The notes beneath the pieces were generated by a model. It was not told the DNA's origin. It saw nothing but the letters and a program-made list of their open reading frames with translations, and did no database searches. A stretch of 64,000 nt of DNA. Source: Takakia lepidozioides (lineage: Eukaryota; Plantae; Bryophyta). The number at the start of each line of letters is the position of its first letter. Within the stretch, counting starts at the first letter, position 1. This document shows positions 13,899 through 26,496 of the stretch, in pieces. The stretch lies in NCBI GenBank assembly GCA_030704615.1, contig CM060734.1, forward strand, positions 41,106,001 through 41,170,000, in the 5' to 3' direction. The translations under genes and the position numbers were made by a program.

Positions 13899-16800
13899 TT
13901 TTTAAAGATTACCACGGTGGTTGACATTGACCTAAGGCAAGGGCTGGCAGGCTGACTTTGCTGCCTCTCTTTCGACTGCCTCCCTAGCCCCCTCTGAGCT
14001 CTGGCATGAGAGAGTTTCAGAGGTTTTTTTTTGTATTGTATGTCCATTTCTCTTGTATCATAGGAAGTGGGTCTAGCCAGGAAGCAGAGCTAGTGTGCTT
14101 AACGGGGCCTATTGATAACCCCACTTGTGGGAATGGCCGATTTGGTGTGCCTGTCACAGAGTGCAGCTTGTCTTTGGATTTTTTAGGGGATAATTTGGCC
14201 CGTCACAGTTTCCAGGGTCTCAATAATAGGGATTTGAGTGTTTGTATCGAGAGGTGAATGGTGGAGTACTAGGCAAGGCTTGAAATAAGAAAAAGATGGT
14301 GCTGAATCATTGAGCAGAGAGTAGCTGTTAAGTTTTTAATAAAAATTTGGAGAATTTATGCCACTGTTCCTCCTACCAGTCTTATTTTGGTACAAGGAAT
14401 CTGGCTATTAACCTGCCATAGTGCTGCTTTGTTACGGGAAGCAAGCGTCCGTTTGATTGAGAGAGTATTTGAAATTACCAAATTGGCTGTGGAAACATAA
14501 TGAAGGCTGGGAGCCAAGTTCAGTTTAGTTCTGTTTCTTGCGGTTAGGATAGAGCTATTGCTGTAAAAGTGCTGAGGGAATTGCCAGCACACATATAGAG
14601 CTTGAATTTAGAGTTTCAAGTCACTCTTATTTAAACAAACCTGCTTAGCATGTGTCAGAGGGTTGAGGAAGTCCGTCGACCACAATCCTTCGTACAGTGT
14701 CAAAGGTCTGGACATTGGATAGTTTATCTCAGTAATAGTTTGTTCTACACTGCATGGTGCTAAGTCTGACATGAACTGGATCCATAATATCTGCCTGACA
14801 AAGTGCACGAGTAGTTTTACAAGTTGTATCCTCCATTTGCATCCTCGACAACGCAGCATTTGGCATACATGTTCATTCGGTGGGCGTAAGGTTAGTCAAA
14901 AGCATTGGCCTACCGACCTAGAGAGCATGAAAGGTAGGATTGGGGGCACCTGTTGGAGCGTCTCCCTGCAGTGCCCTCTCTACTTGAAGGGGAGCGGCTA
15001 CAGTCGCTTGATCGGAAGACGTATACTCTTCCTTCGACCAAATGCTACTCACATGCCATTAGCAATACCAATGAGGATATTCAATCAAGAAAGGCCCACT
15101 GACTCCAACGGAATCCACCCTTGCCACGCATATACATGGCAGCCTGCAGATCAAGCGAACCTCCTCACTTTCAGGAACTGCATGTGGCGACTCCACCCGA
15201 GGAGGATTGTATCGAATGTGCAGATGCTCCATGCACTTGCACTCACAACAAGAATCCCAGGTATCTATCAGAAATTTTATCAATCTTCATTTCTCTGAAT
15301 GAAGCATTGGTCCACAATCCACAAGCGTGTCCCAAGACTTCTCCCACTCTGGTTCCCACTCTTTGGGTGCCAATTGCTTCTGCCACAGCTTCCTCTCGCT
15401 CCTTGAGTAGCATATGAGTGGAGCTCTTGATTGAGCGAGGCTTTGATTGTGCGAGCCTGTTGCTTGCCAAGCCAATGCGACATCCCGAGCTGTGAATGCG
15501 CGCACGTCCGTCTCTGACACCCGTCTGCCCTACTTCCGTCCGTCCGTTCGTCCGTCCATCCGTTAGGGCTTCCCATTTGGCTAAGTCCGAAACGAGTAAC
15601 ACATGGGGGATCCATTGTCCATCCGTCAATAGGATAGATGTGTTTCATCCGATAAATGGATAAGCGGTCAGCGCGACGAAATGGATGGCGTATCACGGAC
15701 GATAGGTGCGCCGCTTTTGGATGGCTTATCCGCGGACGGACGTGGCGGTTCGACGCCGCTGTCGTTATTGTCCGTACAATACGCTATCAAGCGCCGGGCG
15801 TGCGCGGCTGGGTCCCCCTGGTCCCCGGGTTTCTTCTTCCAGTTCCTGTTCGTCTTGTTCGTCAAATTTGGTTCGCAGTGACAGTAGTAAAAGTAAAAGA
15901 TTGTACAGCGAGCGAGGAAGAGTGCGCAGAGATGCATTGATTGCGCGCAGAGTGTTGAATGCAGATTAGGGTTGTTATGCGGTGTGTGGAGGTAGCACTA
16001 GCACCCCAATTTGAACATCATTATAGTGTCAGGAGCGAGACGGCATTTGTAGGTCGCATTGAAGCTAGTGCAAGTATGTGGGCGTGTGTTACATTGTGGG
16101 TCAGATATGCAAGTAATGGCAGCTTCACTCTCCCGGACCCACGATGCTCCAAGCTTGCCTGCATCTCTTTAATGCATGCTTCACTGTACTTTATGTTACC
16201 TTTACTTGGTTGTGGTTAACTATGGATAATGGCACCCACGACAACTTTTACAAGCACGAGTTCGGGTTATGGGTGCAACCAGTGGAAGAAGCGATCGATG
16301 GGTTTCATCTTTTGAGACTGCCTAACTTATGTAGAATGTTCGTGTGTAAGAAAGTGCAGTTGGGTTGTTTCATGATTCATGAAGTGTGACATCTAGTAGG
16401 CTATTATGAAAGCATCCAGTGAGTGATGGTGGACGTAGTAGATAGCCATGAATGGTGACATGTTTATAATTTCTGCACAAGCACGCCTTCCCAAAACATA
16501 GATGTTGTGGGTAGATATTAGACATATCCTGCGGCCTAATAAGCGATGATTTCATATGAATTTCCGAGATGACAGTGAGGAGAAGTTGATTGGACGTGCA
16601 AGCAAGCGCACATTACGACGTCTTTATTAGGCACAGCCTGCAAATTTGCATGCACAGCTTCATGGGGACTCAGCTGATTCAGGTTTAGCCAGGTTCAACA
16701 GCCGTTATCACTTCATGATATGTGAATGAAATCTGGTCATTAGGAAGATCCACCAACTTCTGTTCACTGGAGGCATTTAGGTACCGGATTGATTTCCTAG

Positions 16801-19800
16801 AGCTGGGGTAAGTTGATTTATTGGAGTTATTCCAGACTCTACTAGTAGCAAGCCATCCGACCTCTAGTCCACTGGCAAAGTTCACGAGTGTACTGTGCAC
16901 TTCATAACGTACAATTTCTAATTTTCTGAAATTACCTCGGCATGTACTTAAGGTACCAGGAGCTGCTCGAAAACCAGGGGAGAAGGAGATCAACATGAAT
17001 TTGTCTAACGATTAAATCATGGAGCAGCTTATTAGTGGATCCATCTAAAAATCTCGTTCTATGGCAGAATGTTTTGTCAAGGAAGGTAGTCAATGAGTAC
17101 CTCACTGGCAATTTGACCCTTCCGAGCAAAAGTTTGCATGATTGTAGGCAATGTCAAAGGTATATAGAAAACAAAGGACAGCGGGAAAGTCCAACGGAAG
17201 CCTGGATTTGATGACAGGCCCACCTGAGAAGAAGCCCTGTTGGATTTCATGCCAGGTGGGAAGTCGGCTAGATTCTTCCGTAGTGTTGTATGGTCCTTTT
17301 CCATGTGATGTTGTTGTTGTTTAGATCATTTCAAACCCCAAAACGCCTCCTACTCGTTCAAGCAGTGTATGGTTATCGATGTTTATGCTCCACCAACAAT
17401 GGCAGCTCACTGTATCATTCGGGGGCACAAACCCAATTTGGAAGTAAGTAAACATTCGGTTCGGTGAATGCGTGGCATGAGAGAGTGGCGGACTTGGATT
17501 CAACATCGTCTCGAGAATGGAAAATTCTGGGGTTTTCTCTTGTCCACCACCTAGAGTGCTGCCATGTTCTACCCAGAGTCAAACCTGCACCGGGTCAATC
17601 TTAAGCTTGATTTACATGACAAGCACGACGTGTTTTGGCACGTTGTGCCTTGAAACTGCTTGTACAGGTGGAGACGGCAGAGGAGTGGACATGATCTGTT
17701 GCTTGACCTTGGAGAACTGCTCTGGAACTTCAGAGCGTGCTCAGGCCCAGTGTCCTGACAAATTCTCGGCTTTGACATGTCCTACCTATAAGATTAGCCC
17801 ACCTATTACGAGTCCATGCTGAGTCTTGCTTGCATTGCCCAAAACACTCAAACCCAATAGGCCTATGCATCCTGATGAGTCCTGACTGTCTGCCAACAGA
17901 TGTGCTCATCAAGATTGGGCTTCAGTACTTTCCTGATGAGGAACGACTAGACATCTCTGAAGTTCAACCGTACTAAAACTCATCGATCACGGTAAAATAA
18001 TGATTTGATTACCTATCAGATACTGTAATCTCTGTAAAGCTTTATCCAAATTCACACAAGAATTGCCAGAAATCGGACGGATGTCTTCCCTTCCGACTTG
18101 ATTTCCAGCGATCTTTAGTCTGAAATATCCAATTGGGTCGATCCACTAAATATTCGATCCATCCCGAAGCTGCTTGTAGCAAACCAACTACACCTAAATT
18201 GTCATCGTCAGTATGTTTTGGAAGATTCTTTCTCCTCTCCACCAATGAGACGAGCGCCTTTTCGTTCCTTTGCTGGCCGGATTAGGTAGACCCATCTTTT
18301 TATCTGACATACTTTGAGTCACGAACGTTTAGCTAGATCATTTGTTAATCGTTCTGGAATAGGATGAAAAAGGTGGTGGCCCAGGCAGCTGGGAAGCTTC
18401 CCCATGTGATACTTGTGTAGGAAAATCTCAGCATGGTAGGCTCAGGTGCCGTGAGATTTGAAAACTGTCCCCTGCAATGAATACCCACTTGCAGTGGCCA
18501 TCAAGATGGAGCTAATAATACCAATATAGCAAGCCTCGATATCTTTAGCGGGAAGATTTGATTCCACACTCACACCAAGAAGCTCGCTAGCGTAGAAACA
18601 ATACTTGTATAATAAGATGGCCATCGTCGAGCTTCATTCTCTTGTTTCTGACATAGACTCGAGGTTTATAGGGCAACATCACTTGTTTAAAGTTGAAACG
18701 CTCTGATTCGTCAGGATTCAGGAAGGAAGAGGGTGCCAGCCAACCCGACCAAAAGCTCTGCGTGGCAGTGAGAGTCTGATTTGGAAGAAGTAGCTTCTGA
18801 GGCAAACATGAATGCTGACTGCAGGGTGGCAAGTCCTGTGCCACAATTTGGGTGTCGCAGTCTACCAAAGTGGAAATCATGCAGAGGATGATGGCAGGGC
18901 ATGAATGCAGGCATCCGAGGGAAGGCATGTGTTAATTTGTGGGTCGCTAAGAAGGGGACTCAGGAGAGGCAACTTAATGGAGGCTTAGTGGTGGGTGAGC
19001 TGGCTTTGAAGAATCTCATTAGGCCGTGGCCCCACCTTGGCTGTATTAATAACACGCACCCGCCGAGTATAGTGGGTCAACTCGCTCCTTACCTGTCGCC
19101 CCCCACCTTGTTTGTTACATGGTCAACTCTCATTTGCTCTTCTTTCCGTAGCTCTTCCTTGCTGGGTTTGCCTTGTGTGTCTGCCTGGTTTTCTCCAGCT
19201 CGACGTCTCTGGGCCTCTTTAGGTGAGCTCTGTCGTATATCATACTCTTTGCTAGAGCTTCGTCAACTGATTCCCTCATCTTATGCGTCCATAGCTTGTC
19301 ACTGCTGTGTTCTACACCGCGAACAGTCGTCTCCGTGTCCTTTACTCATCTGTAGGTCACATCTGTCTCTTCCTCTTTCTCTGTTGTAGCTTACATAACC
19401 CTATTCCTCTCTCTCCGCTAAGGTCTTCTCCTCTACTGCTCTCTCTCTCTCTTTCTCTCGCGCTCTGTGCGTCTCCGCTGCTCTCCCTGTTTCATAGCTG
19501 CTCGATTCCTCCCCTTGAGTGTTTTCACTTCTTCTTACGCTCTCTGGCTAGCCCTATCTGTACTTGTCTCTCAGGGCTCGGTGATCTCTGCGGTATGTAT
19601 GCTCCTCTCCAGGTTTAGGATCCAAAAGTTTTCCCAGTTCAGGGGTCGTATCAGAGACCCTTGTGGACTGCATGCTCAGAATACTTTTCATTCACCTTCC
19701 GAGCTTAGCCCACTTGAGCTCGTGTACCTTGTGTGACCTCCTTTTCCTTCCCTCCCTCTGTCTTGCGCTGTGCTACTCGATGTGGTTGCTGGGACTCATT

Positions 19801-20983
19801 CTCTCTTTGAGCTCTAAGTTCTAAGGCTTTCTTTCTTTCCTTCCTCGTCCTCCGCGAGGATGGAATCTTACAGCCAAATTACTTCTATAATCCACTCTCT
19901 CCCGCACCTTCTCCGTGCATCTGGGTGATTCAGGGTTTATTCCATTCTCTCCCTCTCGTCTCCGTGCATTCGGACGATTCAAGGTGCGGCAGAATAGGGA
20001 CCCGCAGATGGAATAAGCTGCAGTGCTCATGCTGAACGCTCTTGTCCTATTTGCGCTAGACAAGACATGCTGGAAATTGAGTCTGATTCCTTTCTTCACT
20101 GTCATCTCTAGAGACTCTAAACCAAGGGTCGCTGTTGTGACCCTTTTAGAGACAGCCTCCCTGATAGAGTTGATGATCAGAGAGCCTTGTGTACATATCT
20201 ACACGATGCTCTCGACAGCTTAGAGAATCTCTGGTAGTTCAATTGTAGTTTTCTGGAACTGCTGTGACAAGTTGTTGAGGGCCCCACTTATCATAAATTC
20301 TCCCTTGTGTCCTGTTTTCTTGTCCCGTGGACGTTATAGAAGTTTCTTTCTTCCTCTTCATTCTCTGTTGGTCTACCTCTCGCGGCCTTGGCCGTGGTTG
20401 CTTCCATGATCTACTGTGTGTAACTCATGATTGTATATCATGTTGTACACATGTGTGAATCCCAGATCAGTTAAGTGTCCCCAGCCCCGTATCCTCCTTT
20501 CAGATACCTGCTGTGATGGCCTCCGATGGTCGTCTTAGCCCTCTTTGATAGAAAAGGCTTCCCCCATTGTCAAGTCCCGTGACCCAAATGCACAGCAGGC
20601 CTTTCCACAGATGCAATTGCAATCCACTGCACATATCATGCCTGTTCTAACTTTTTTCCTCTCGGATTGTGAACAGATGTGTAGCTGAAATTCCTCCACT
20701 GTGACTTGATGACACTGGAAAGGATTTAACTTCAGGCGGAGGAATGGAGCAGCGAAAGGACAAGTGCTAATAGAGGCTGGCGTGGCGTCAATGTCTAGAA
20801 GTAGTGACCTGTAGAGTTTGAGTGGCGCTTGCAAAGACTCGGGAATTTCAAGGAAAGGAGCCATTACCATCTAGATATACATCTAGTCAAAGTGATCTGT
20901 TGGCAGCTGGTAGATTAGAACAGATCAGAGCGGTTACAGGGAGGTTTCCAACAGAGAGGAATAGCCCACCGGAGCGAAGAAAC

Positions 20984-21517
20984 ATGCAGGGCAACCAAGG
21001 GCAAGCAAATTCATCCACACCATGTGCTGCTTGCAAGCTTCTTCGACGGCGCTGCGCCCAGGAGTGCCCATTCTCTCCCTACTTCTCTCCCCACGAGCCC
21101 CAGAAATTCGCTTGTGTTCACAAGATTTTCGGTGCCAGCAACGTCTCTAAAATGTTGATGGAGGTACCAGAAAGCCAGCGCGCGGATGCAGCAAGCAGCT
21201 TAGTGTATGAGGCCAACGCGCGGATTCGTGACCCTGTCTACGGATGCATGGGGGCCATTTCTGCTCTTCAACAGCAAGCTCAGTCGCTTCAGGCTGAATT
21301 GGGCGCTGTGAGACAAGAGATCATGCGGTACCGGAGGCACGACAACACAGTGTCTGATAGCACAGCCATGGTGACTGGATACCAAGGCCAGAACGACAGA
21401 GGGGTTTCTGACCCTCTTTCTACGCGGACGACTGCATCAGAGTACACAGTTCCATCTCCTAACAGTGTGGCCACCCCCGAATTGAAGGAACGCAGTTATT
21501 GGTCTCCACTGAACTAG
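20984..21517 (+). CDS. LOB-domain (LBD/ASL) transcription factor, class I, LBD15/LBD13-like
   Basis: PCAACKLLRRRCAQECPFSPYF (CX2CX6CX3C), GAS block FGASNVSKML...RIRDPVYGC, and leucine zipper LQQQAQSLQAEL. 20984 is the first in-frame ATG after a TGA at 20819; an upstream coding micro-exon cannot be excluded. Confidence 0.93.
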   Translation: MQGNQGQANSSTPCAACKLLRRRCAQECPFSPYFSPHEPQKFACVHKIFGASNVSKMLMEVPESQRADAASSLVYEANARIRDPVYGCMGAISALQQQAQSLQAELGAVRQEIMRYRRHDNTVSDSTAMVTGYQGQNDRGVSDPLSTRTTASEYTVPSPNSVATPELKERSYWSPLN

Positions 21518-24500
21518 CAGGTCAGCCCATTGTAATGCCATGCTATCTGGACAAGTAGAGCTGTCTTCCACGGCTCTGGTGGCGACAGGGTTAGAAAGAA
21601 CCATTTGAAAGGATCCTCGTTCAGACTTAGTGAGTGTCACTTCACGTGTAGAATATAGAACCTTCGATAGGCCTTCTGGACATGCAGTTTGCTGGCCTTA
21701 ACATTCTTTTCCTTGTCTATCCCAATAATTCTCTTTACTTTGGGTCCCCTGGCCCCATATAGGTAGCGTTGGGACTTGCACCAATGCTCGGATGCATGCC
21801 CGGCGATGGTGTTCATCAAGCAACCAGTTGATGATTTCCATTTCCTTCACGATCGACATGAAAGATACAGATTACGTATCGATGAACCAGCAGAAATGCT
21901 TGCACATAAAATTTCTATATGTTTCTGTGTGATGACTTGTACTTTGAGCAGTTTTGTGTTTCGACATAAAGTAGGACAAGTAGGTGACTTTCCAATTAGT
22001 ACACTGAGGTATGTAGCCTTCCATATCTCTTGACCCGGGCAGTACATTTCTCCTGCCAGTTTCTGCAGTTTCTGTTCTTCAACAGATCCCACAACCACTG
22101 AGAGGAGAGTGCCAACTGTTTCACATCAGTGTAGAGCTCGCAGATCTATTCCCAATTTAGTTTCGACATAGGAGTCTCACATGTGTTTAAACTATCAAAT
22201 GTGTCGATTGAAAGAGTAACAGCTCTTGAAAGCCTGCCCTAAAAATTACATCGATTTCCAGATGTAATTCCAGCCCATAGTCATGAATCATGTAGATGAC
22301 GATTCATGAGCAATCAGACGCTGGAGTCCTCGGTCAATCCACTTCAGTGAGCATTTCCATATGCATGATTAATGCACGCCTTGAGCACTGATTGAGTGGC
22401 TAACCGTGGGCCTGCTGAAGCACTTGTCTTGTTTCTCAATACTTGGAGCACCGTCTCGTTACCAGAAGACATTTAGACATATATATTAGTCACGGGGTTG
22501 GCTCCCCTTGTATTCCTCATGGGCTTGCAAGGTTATTTTTTCCTTGCCGAGCTTTATTTGACTCGTCTGGAAGCAGCAGAGACTGGTCAATCAGTGGGTG
22601 GATGCAGCTTACATTTTATGGTACCTTGGTAATGAACTTGAATAGGTTATGGATTGATCTACATGTAGTACACACAAAATACTGAGCCAGTTGCTAGTTA
22701 AGCATCGAGAACCCCTCTCCTGAACATTACTAGTTGATTCGTAGTTGAGCCAGCAGTTGAGCCAGATTGAAATCTGCCATCTGCGACTGCCCAAGTTTGA
22801 AGACTAATGTCGTCATGACGGGTTACTCAACATGGATTAGAATCATGAAGCATCCCCAACTTTTTGTCAGTAGAGCGAAATGTCACGTTTTCCCTGATTA
22901 GGGGTTTGTCCGATTGCCAATCTTCAGGTATCCTGATCTTGGCGGATTTTGGTACCTCGAATCTGCCTTGAGGTATTCCTCTTGTCATTATAGCTGCATG
23001 GTACAGTGCTGATGTGGTATGTGCCCACATATAAGTTCAAACTTCAAGTGCCCTTCATGTACAAAGTTGCTTACTGCTGCAAATGTGGTGGGCTTCAATA
23101 CTACGAGGATCCTGTCATGATACGTTGCAGCCATCGACTATATGAGACTATGACAGTTCTTGGTGCTGCCCAGGTCATAGAGAGCAATCGCCGAATGTGG
23201 ACACAGTACTTTTTCTTTCTGTCCGCAAGAAAGATTTCCTGGATCATGTTCTCCACCACAGCTGTTGAAAATGGGTGACCGATTGACCATGGATTATGTG
23301 CATGCCCGGTGGGATGACAGGCAGCTCGATTTTGATGCGTATACACACCTTGGAGTTATGGGTGTTTTGAATAGAATCTAGACTTTGTATCCACCTTTCA
23401 GCCATGTTCAAGTAGATAGTTGCCTGTAGGAGGGTATCAGCGAACTAGCTGCAGCTGGATCCTCTCTACTCTCTGGATACTGATCAGATTGAGTGTTTGA
23501 GAGGGTGCATTTAGAAAACCCTGAACATGGAATTCAACACGAAGCTTTGAAATAAATATGCCTGGTCCTCTAGTAGCGCTCGATGACTGAGATTGCCTCT
23601 ATGTCTATACATACACACTATGCATGGAGGCAGCGGGTAGGGCATTGACGGGCTCAAGCTATTCAGATGTAATGTACCAGCACGGCACCACTGGAGAGAG
23701 CTACATTGTACTGTTTCTAAGTCTTTTTCTGCGCTTTTTCTCTCTCTCGCTTGTCTGCGTCATTCTCTTTTTCTCTCCTCTTGGACCTTCGATCGGGTTG
23801 TACGTATATTGCAACACGACAACGGGTGAGCTGTGTTACATATGCAAAATCACTCACAAGGTAGAGCCTACTTGTGGCCCTCAAGCATACTTCACTATTT
23901 ATCCTATCAAGTTGCTTAACAGGATGTCAAAATGAACTTGAGGCTCAATTCCAATCTTCTTCAGTGATGGTAGCAGCGGGCCCGACCAATCCCTCCCACT
24001 ACCCACCGGGTCCAAACTGCCCGCCATCTGTCAAGCAGGTTTGAAGTGCTGTCAACGCATTTCTTTGAGCTCATAACGTCTCCAGCTCTAACTACGGATT
24101 CGTCCCAAGTCGGCATTTCAAGCAGGCCAGTGAAGTTAAAGCATTCATGAGTTCCTTTCCATTCTTTGAATTCAGTTTTCCATGTGTCGAGTACACTCAA
24201 CCAGGCAGCTGTTGACCATGTATCTTCTTAGATTAAGCACAATGAGCTATAAACATTCCCTTTCTCGATGATCTAGGAGTGGAGTACCGACTATTCAAAG
24301 TGCAAATTGATGGTTACCAGTGCCTGACCATGCGAGTTTAGATGTCAAATATTATGGGTTGCCGTTAATTCTTTCTCCTCCCAGGCTCCCCCTCTTGTTG
24401 ATTTGGATGTTCATGTTCCGCGTACGGCTTGCAAAGCTTAAGAAGAAGTAAATCTCTAGTGGGAAATATACAACATGCAAACTCTCAAGTAAGGGTTAGA

Positions 24501-25974
24501 TCGCATCTTGTTGGGTTGATCGCTTGCAGGTGCTCTATTCCTGAACTTGCTGATGCAGATATAGCCGGCTGCTACTCGTAGTGCATGAATTGAGTGAAAT
24601 TTTGGAGATAGGAATAGTAGATTATTCCAGAGAACTGGCTCCACTTGATTTGTGCAGGCCGTAGACCCACTGAAATACCTTGGCAGTCAATGCATCGTTA
24701 TCATGTACTATTGCACATAGATGGAACTCCATTGTAGATTTCGATCTGTTATTCCAGTCTCAAAGGCGACTCGACAGAGCAAAAAAGGAGCAAAAATCCT
24801 AGAACTAGTAGACAACCAAGAGTGCTGGTGATTCGAGATCTGGATCAACTCACAGTTCTGTAGCACTCCGTCCCTTTTTATTTGCCGTGTGTTTGTTCGA
24901 CGACGTGGGTTGTGATTCTAGACACTTGATCTCTAGCACATTGATTTATTTTTTTAATTAAATCGGCTTTTGTTTTGCTGTGCCAAAGCTACAGATCATC
25001 TTTGGCCATTGAACAAAGTTTACTGCATATTGTTACGTCTCATATTCAGACACAGTATAAATCACATGCGTTAGCAGCACATTCTGCTACAGTTCTTGCT
25101 GCACAACATGATACGAATCCTTGTAAGCACAGTAACGATACACACAGTAGCCGCAGTGTAGCACAAAGAAAGCACTTAAACACGAAGTCTCAAGCTATGT
25201 ATCCGTTGTAAGCAGTTTTAATGAAGCCGCATTGAGCCTCCGCCAGAGCGTTATGTAGTTCCACAGCCCCTCTGCATGTAAGTTACGGGAATGATGATGG
25301 AGGCTTGCTTCTTGCAGCAAAGCAGCAAAGAAAGAGTGTGCACGATCCCATCCCAGCGATGCATACGATAACTATCGCTTTCTTCCACGCTCTCACTGCT
25401 CGTCCTTTGCCTTGCTTGGTACACGCTCACAAGTACGAGAATATACGGGCGTATACACAGCACCGCATCTATACGGATATTCTCGGGGGAGTAGGATGAA
25501 AACGTGATGAGGCAAACTGTCGTCCCTGTTACGACGCCGCCGTGGCGTACCTATTCATCGGGTGCCACGTGCAAGCACATGAGCCGCTTACGACGCCGGA
25601 GTGTCATCCACACGCCTGTCGACGTCGACGGACGGTGACGGCGGTGGCGTTTCGCCGTCCGTTTCAAGCTTCCAACGCCGCAAGTCTGACGGAATGCGAC
25701 AGGATTGAGTGACGGACATTCGCCGTGGATGGCGCCGTCGTAGAAAGACGTGGCAGAGAGGCCCGTGTTCAGCCTGCGGGCAAAATCGTGCTGGCCAGAT
25801 TTTTGAGGAAGGGATGGGGACTGTGGGAAAGAGAGAGAGAGGGAGAGGGAGAAAGCTCAGCAGCACACGCACCGAGTGTCCAAGACTTGATTGGAATGAA
25901 TCACGAAGGTCAATCCTTTTACGTGAGAAGGCGAGGACGGTAAAGACTATTCCGGAAATCAAATAGGTGGGAGA

Positions 25975-26003
25975 GAAATGAAATGAAATGGTGCTTTATA
26001 ACG
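25975..26003 (-). mobile_element. Minimal 3' stub of the (CATTT)n-tailed LINE family inside a (GA)n tract
   Basis: GAAATGAAATGAAATGGTGCTTTATAACG is identical to the end of the 52.8 kb copy and is flanked by GAGA repeats on both sides. Confidence 0.7.
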
Positions 26004-26496
26004 AGAGAGAGAGTGATCGAGGGCGATCAGAGTGGACTGAAGATTGCATTTTTTTTACCGGCCGATATCTCATAGAACATTGTTCAATCCCTGGGCGGGT
26101 TGATTAGATTGTGTACTGGCACATGGTGCAAGGTGGCTTGGTATAGAAATGCCTGAACATTGCATTGATTTCGCCTTGAACACTTTGTTTCTTTCTTCCG
26201 TTTGAACCTTTTTTTTCCTCGATTAGTCTATTGACAATTTTTTGCGCAAGCTCCTCATGGTCAGAGACACATCGCATTCCTGCACGGATGTAGTGGAAAA
26301 TCTGGGGGAACCGACTCTGGTGTAAACGAGCGTGCACAGCGGTGATGTGTTGAAGGGAAGAAGCGGAAATGGTGACGTGTACAATCCAACTAGGGTACCC
26401 CAGTCTACTGAAGTTTCACCGAGCTGGTGGGATTCCGGGTGGGATTCCGGGTGTTTGCACAGGATAATTCAGTAGCATCAGTCTTCAGGGGCCACA

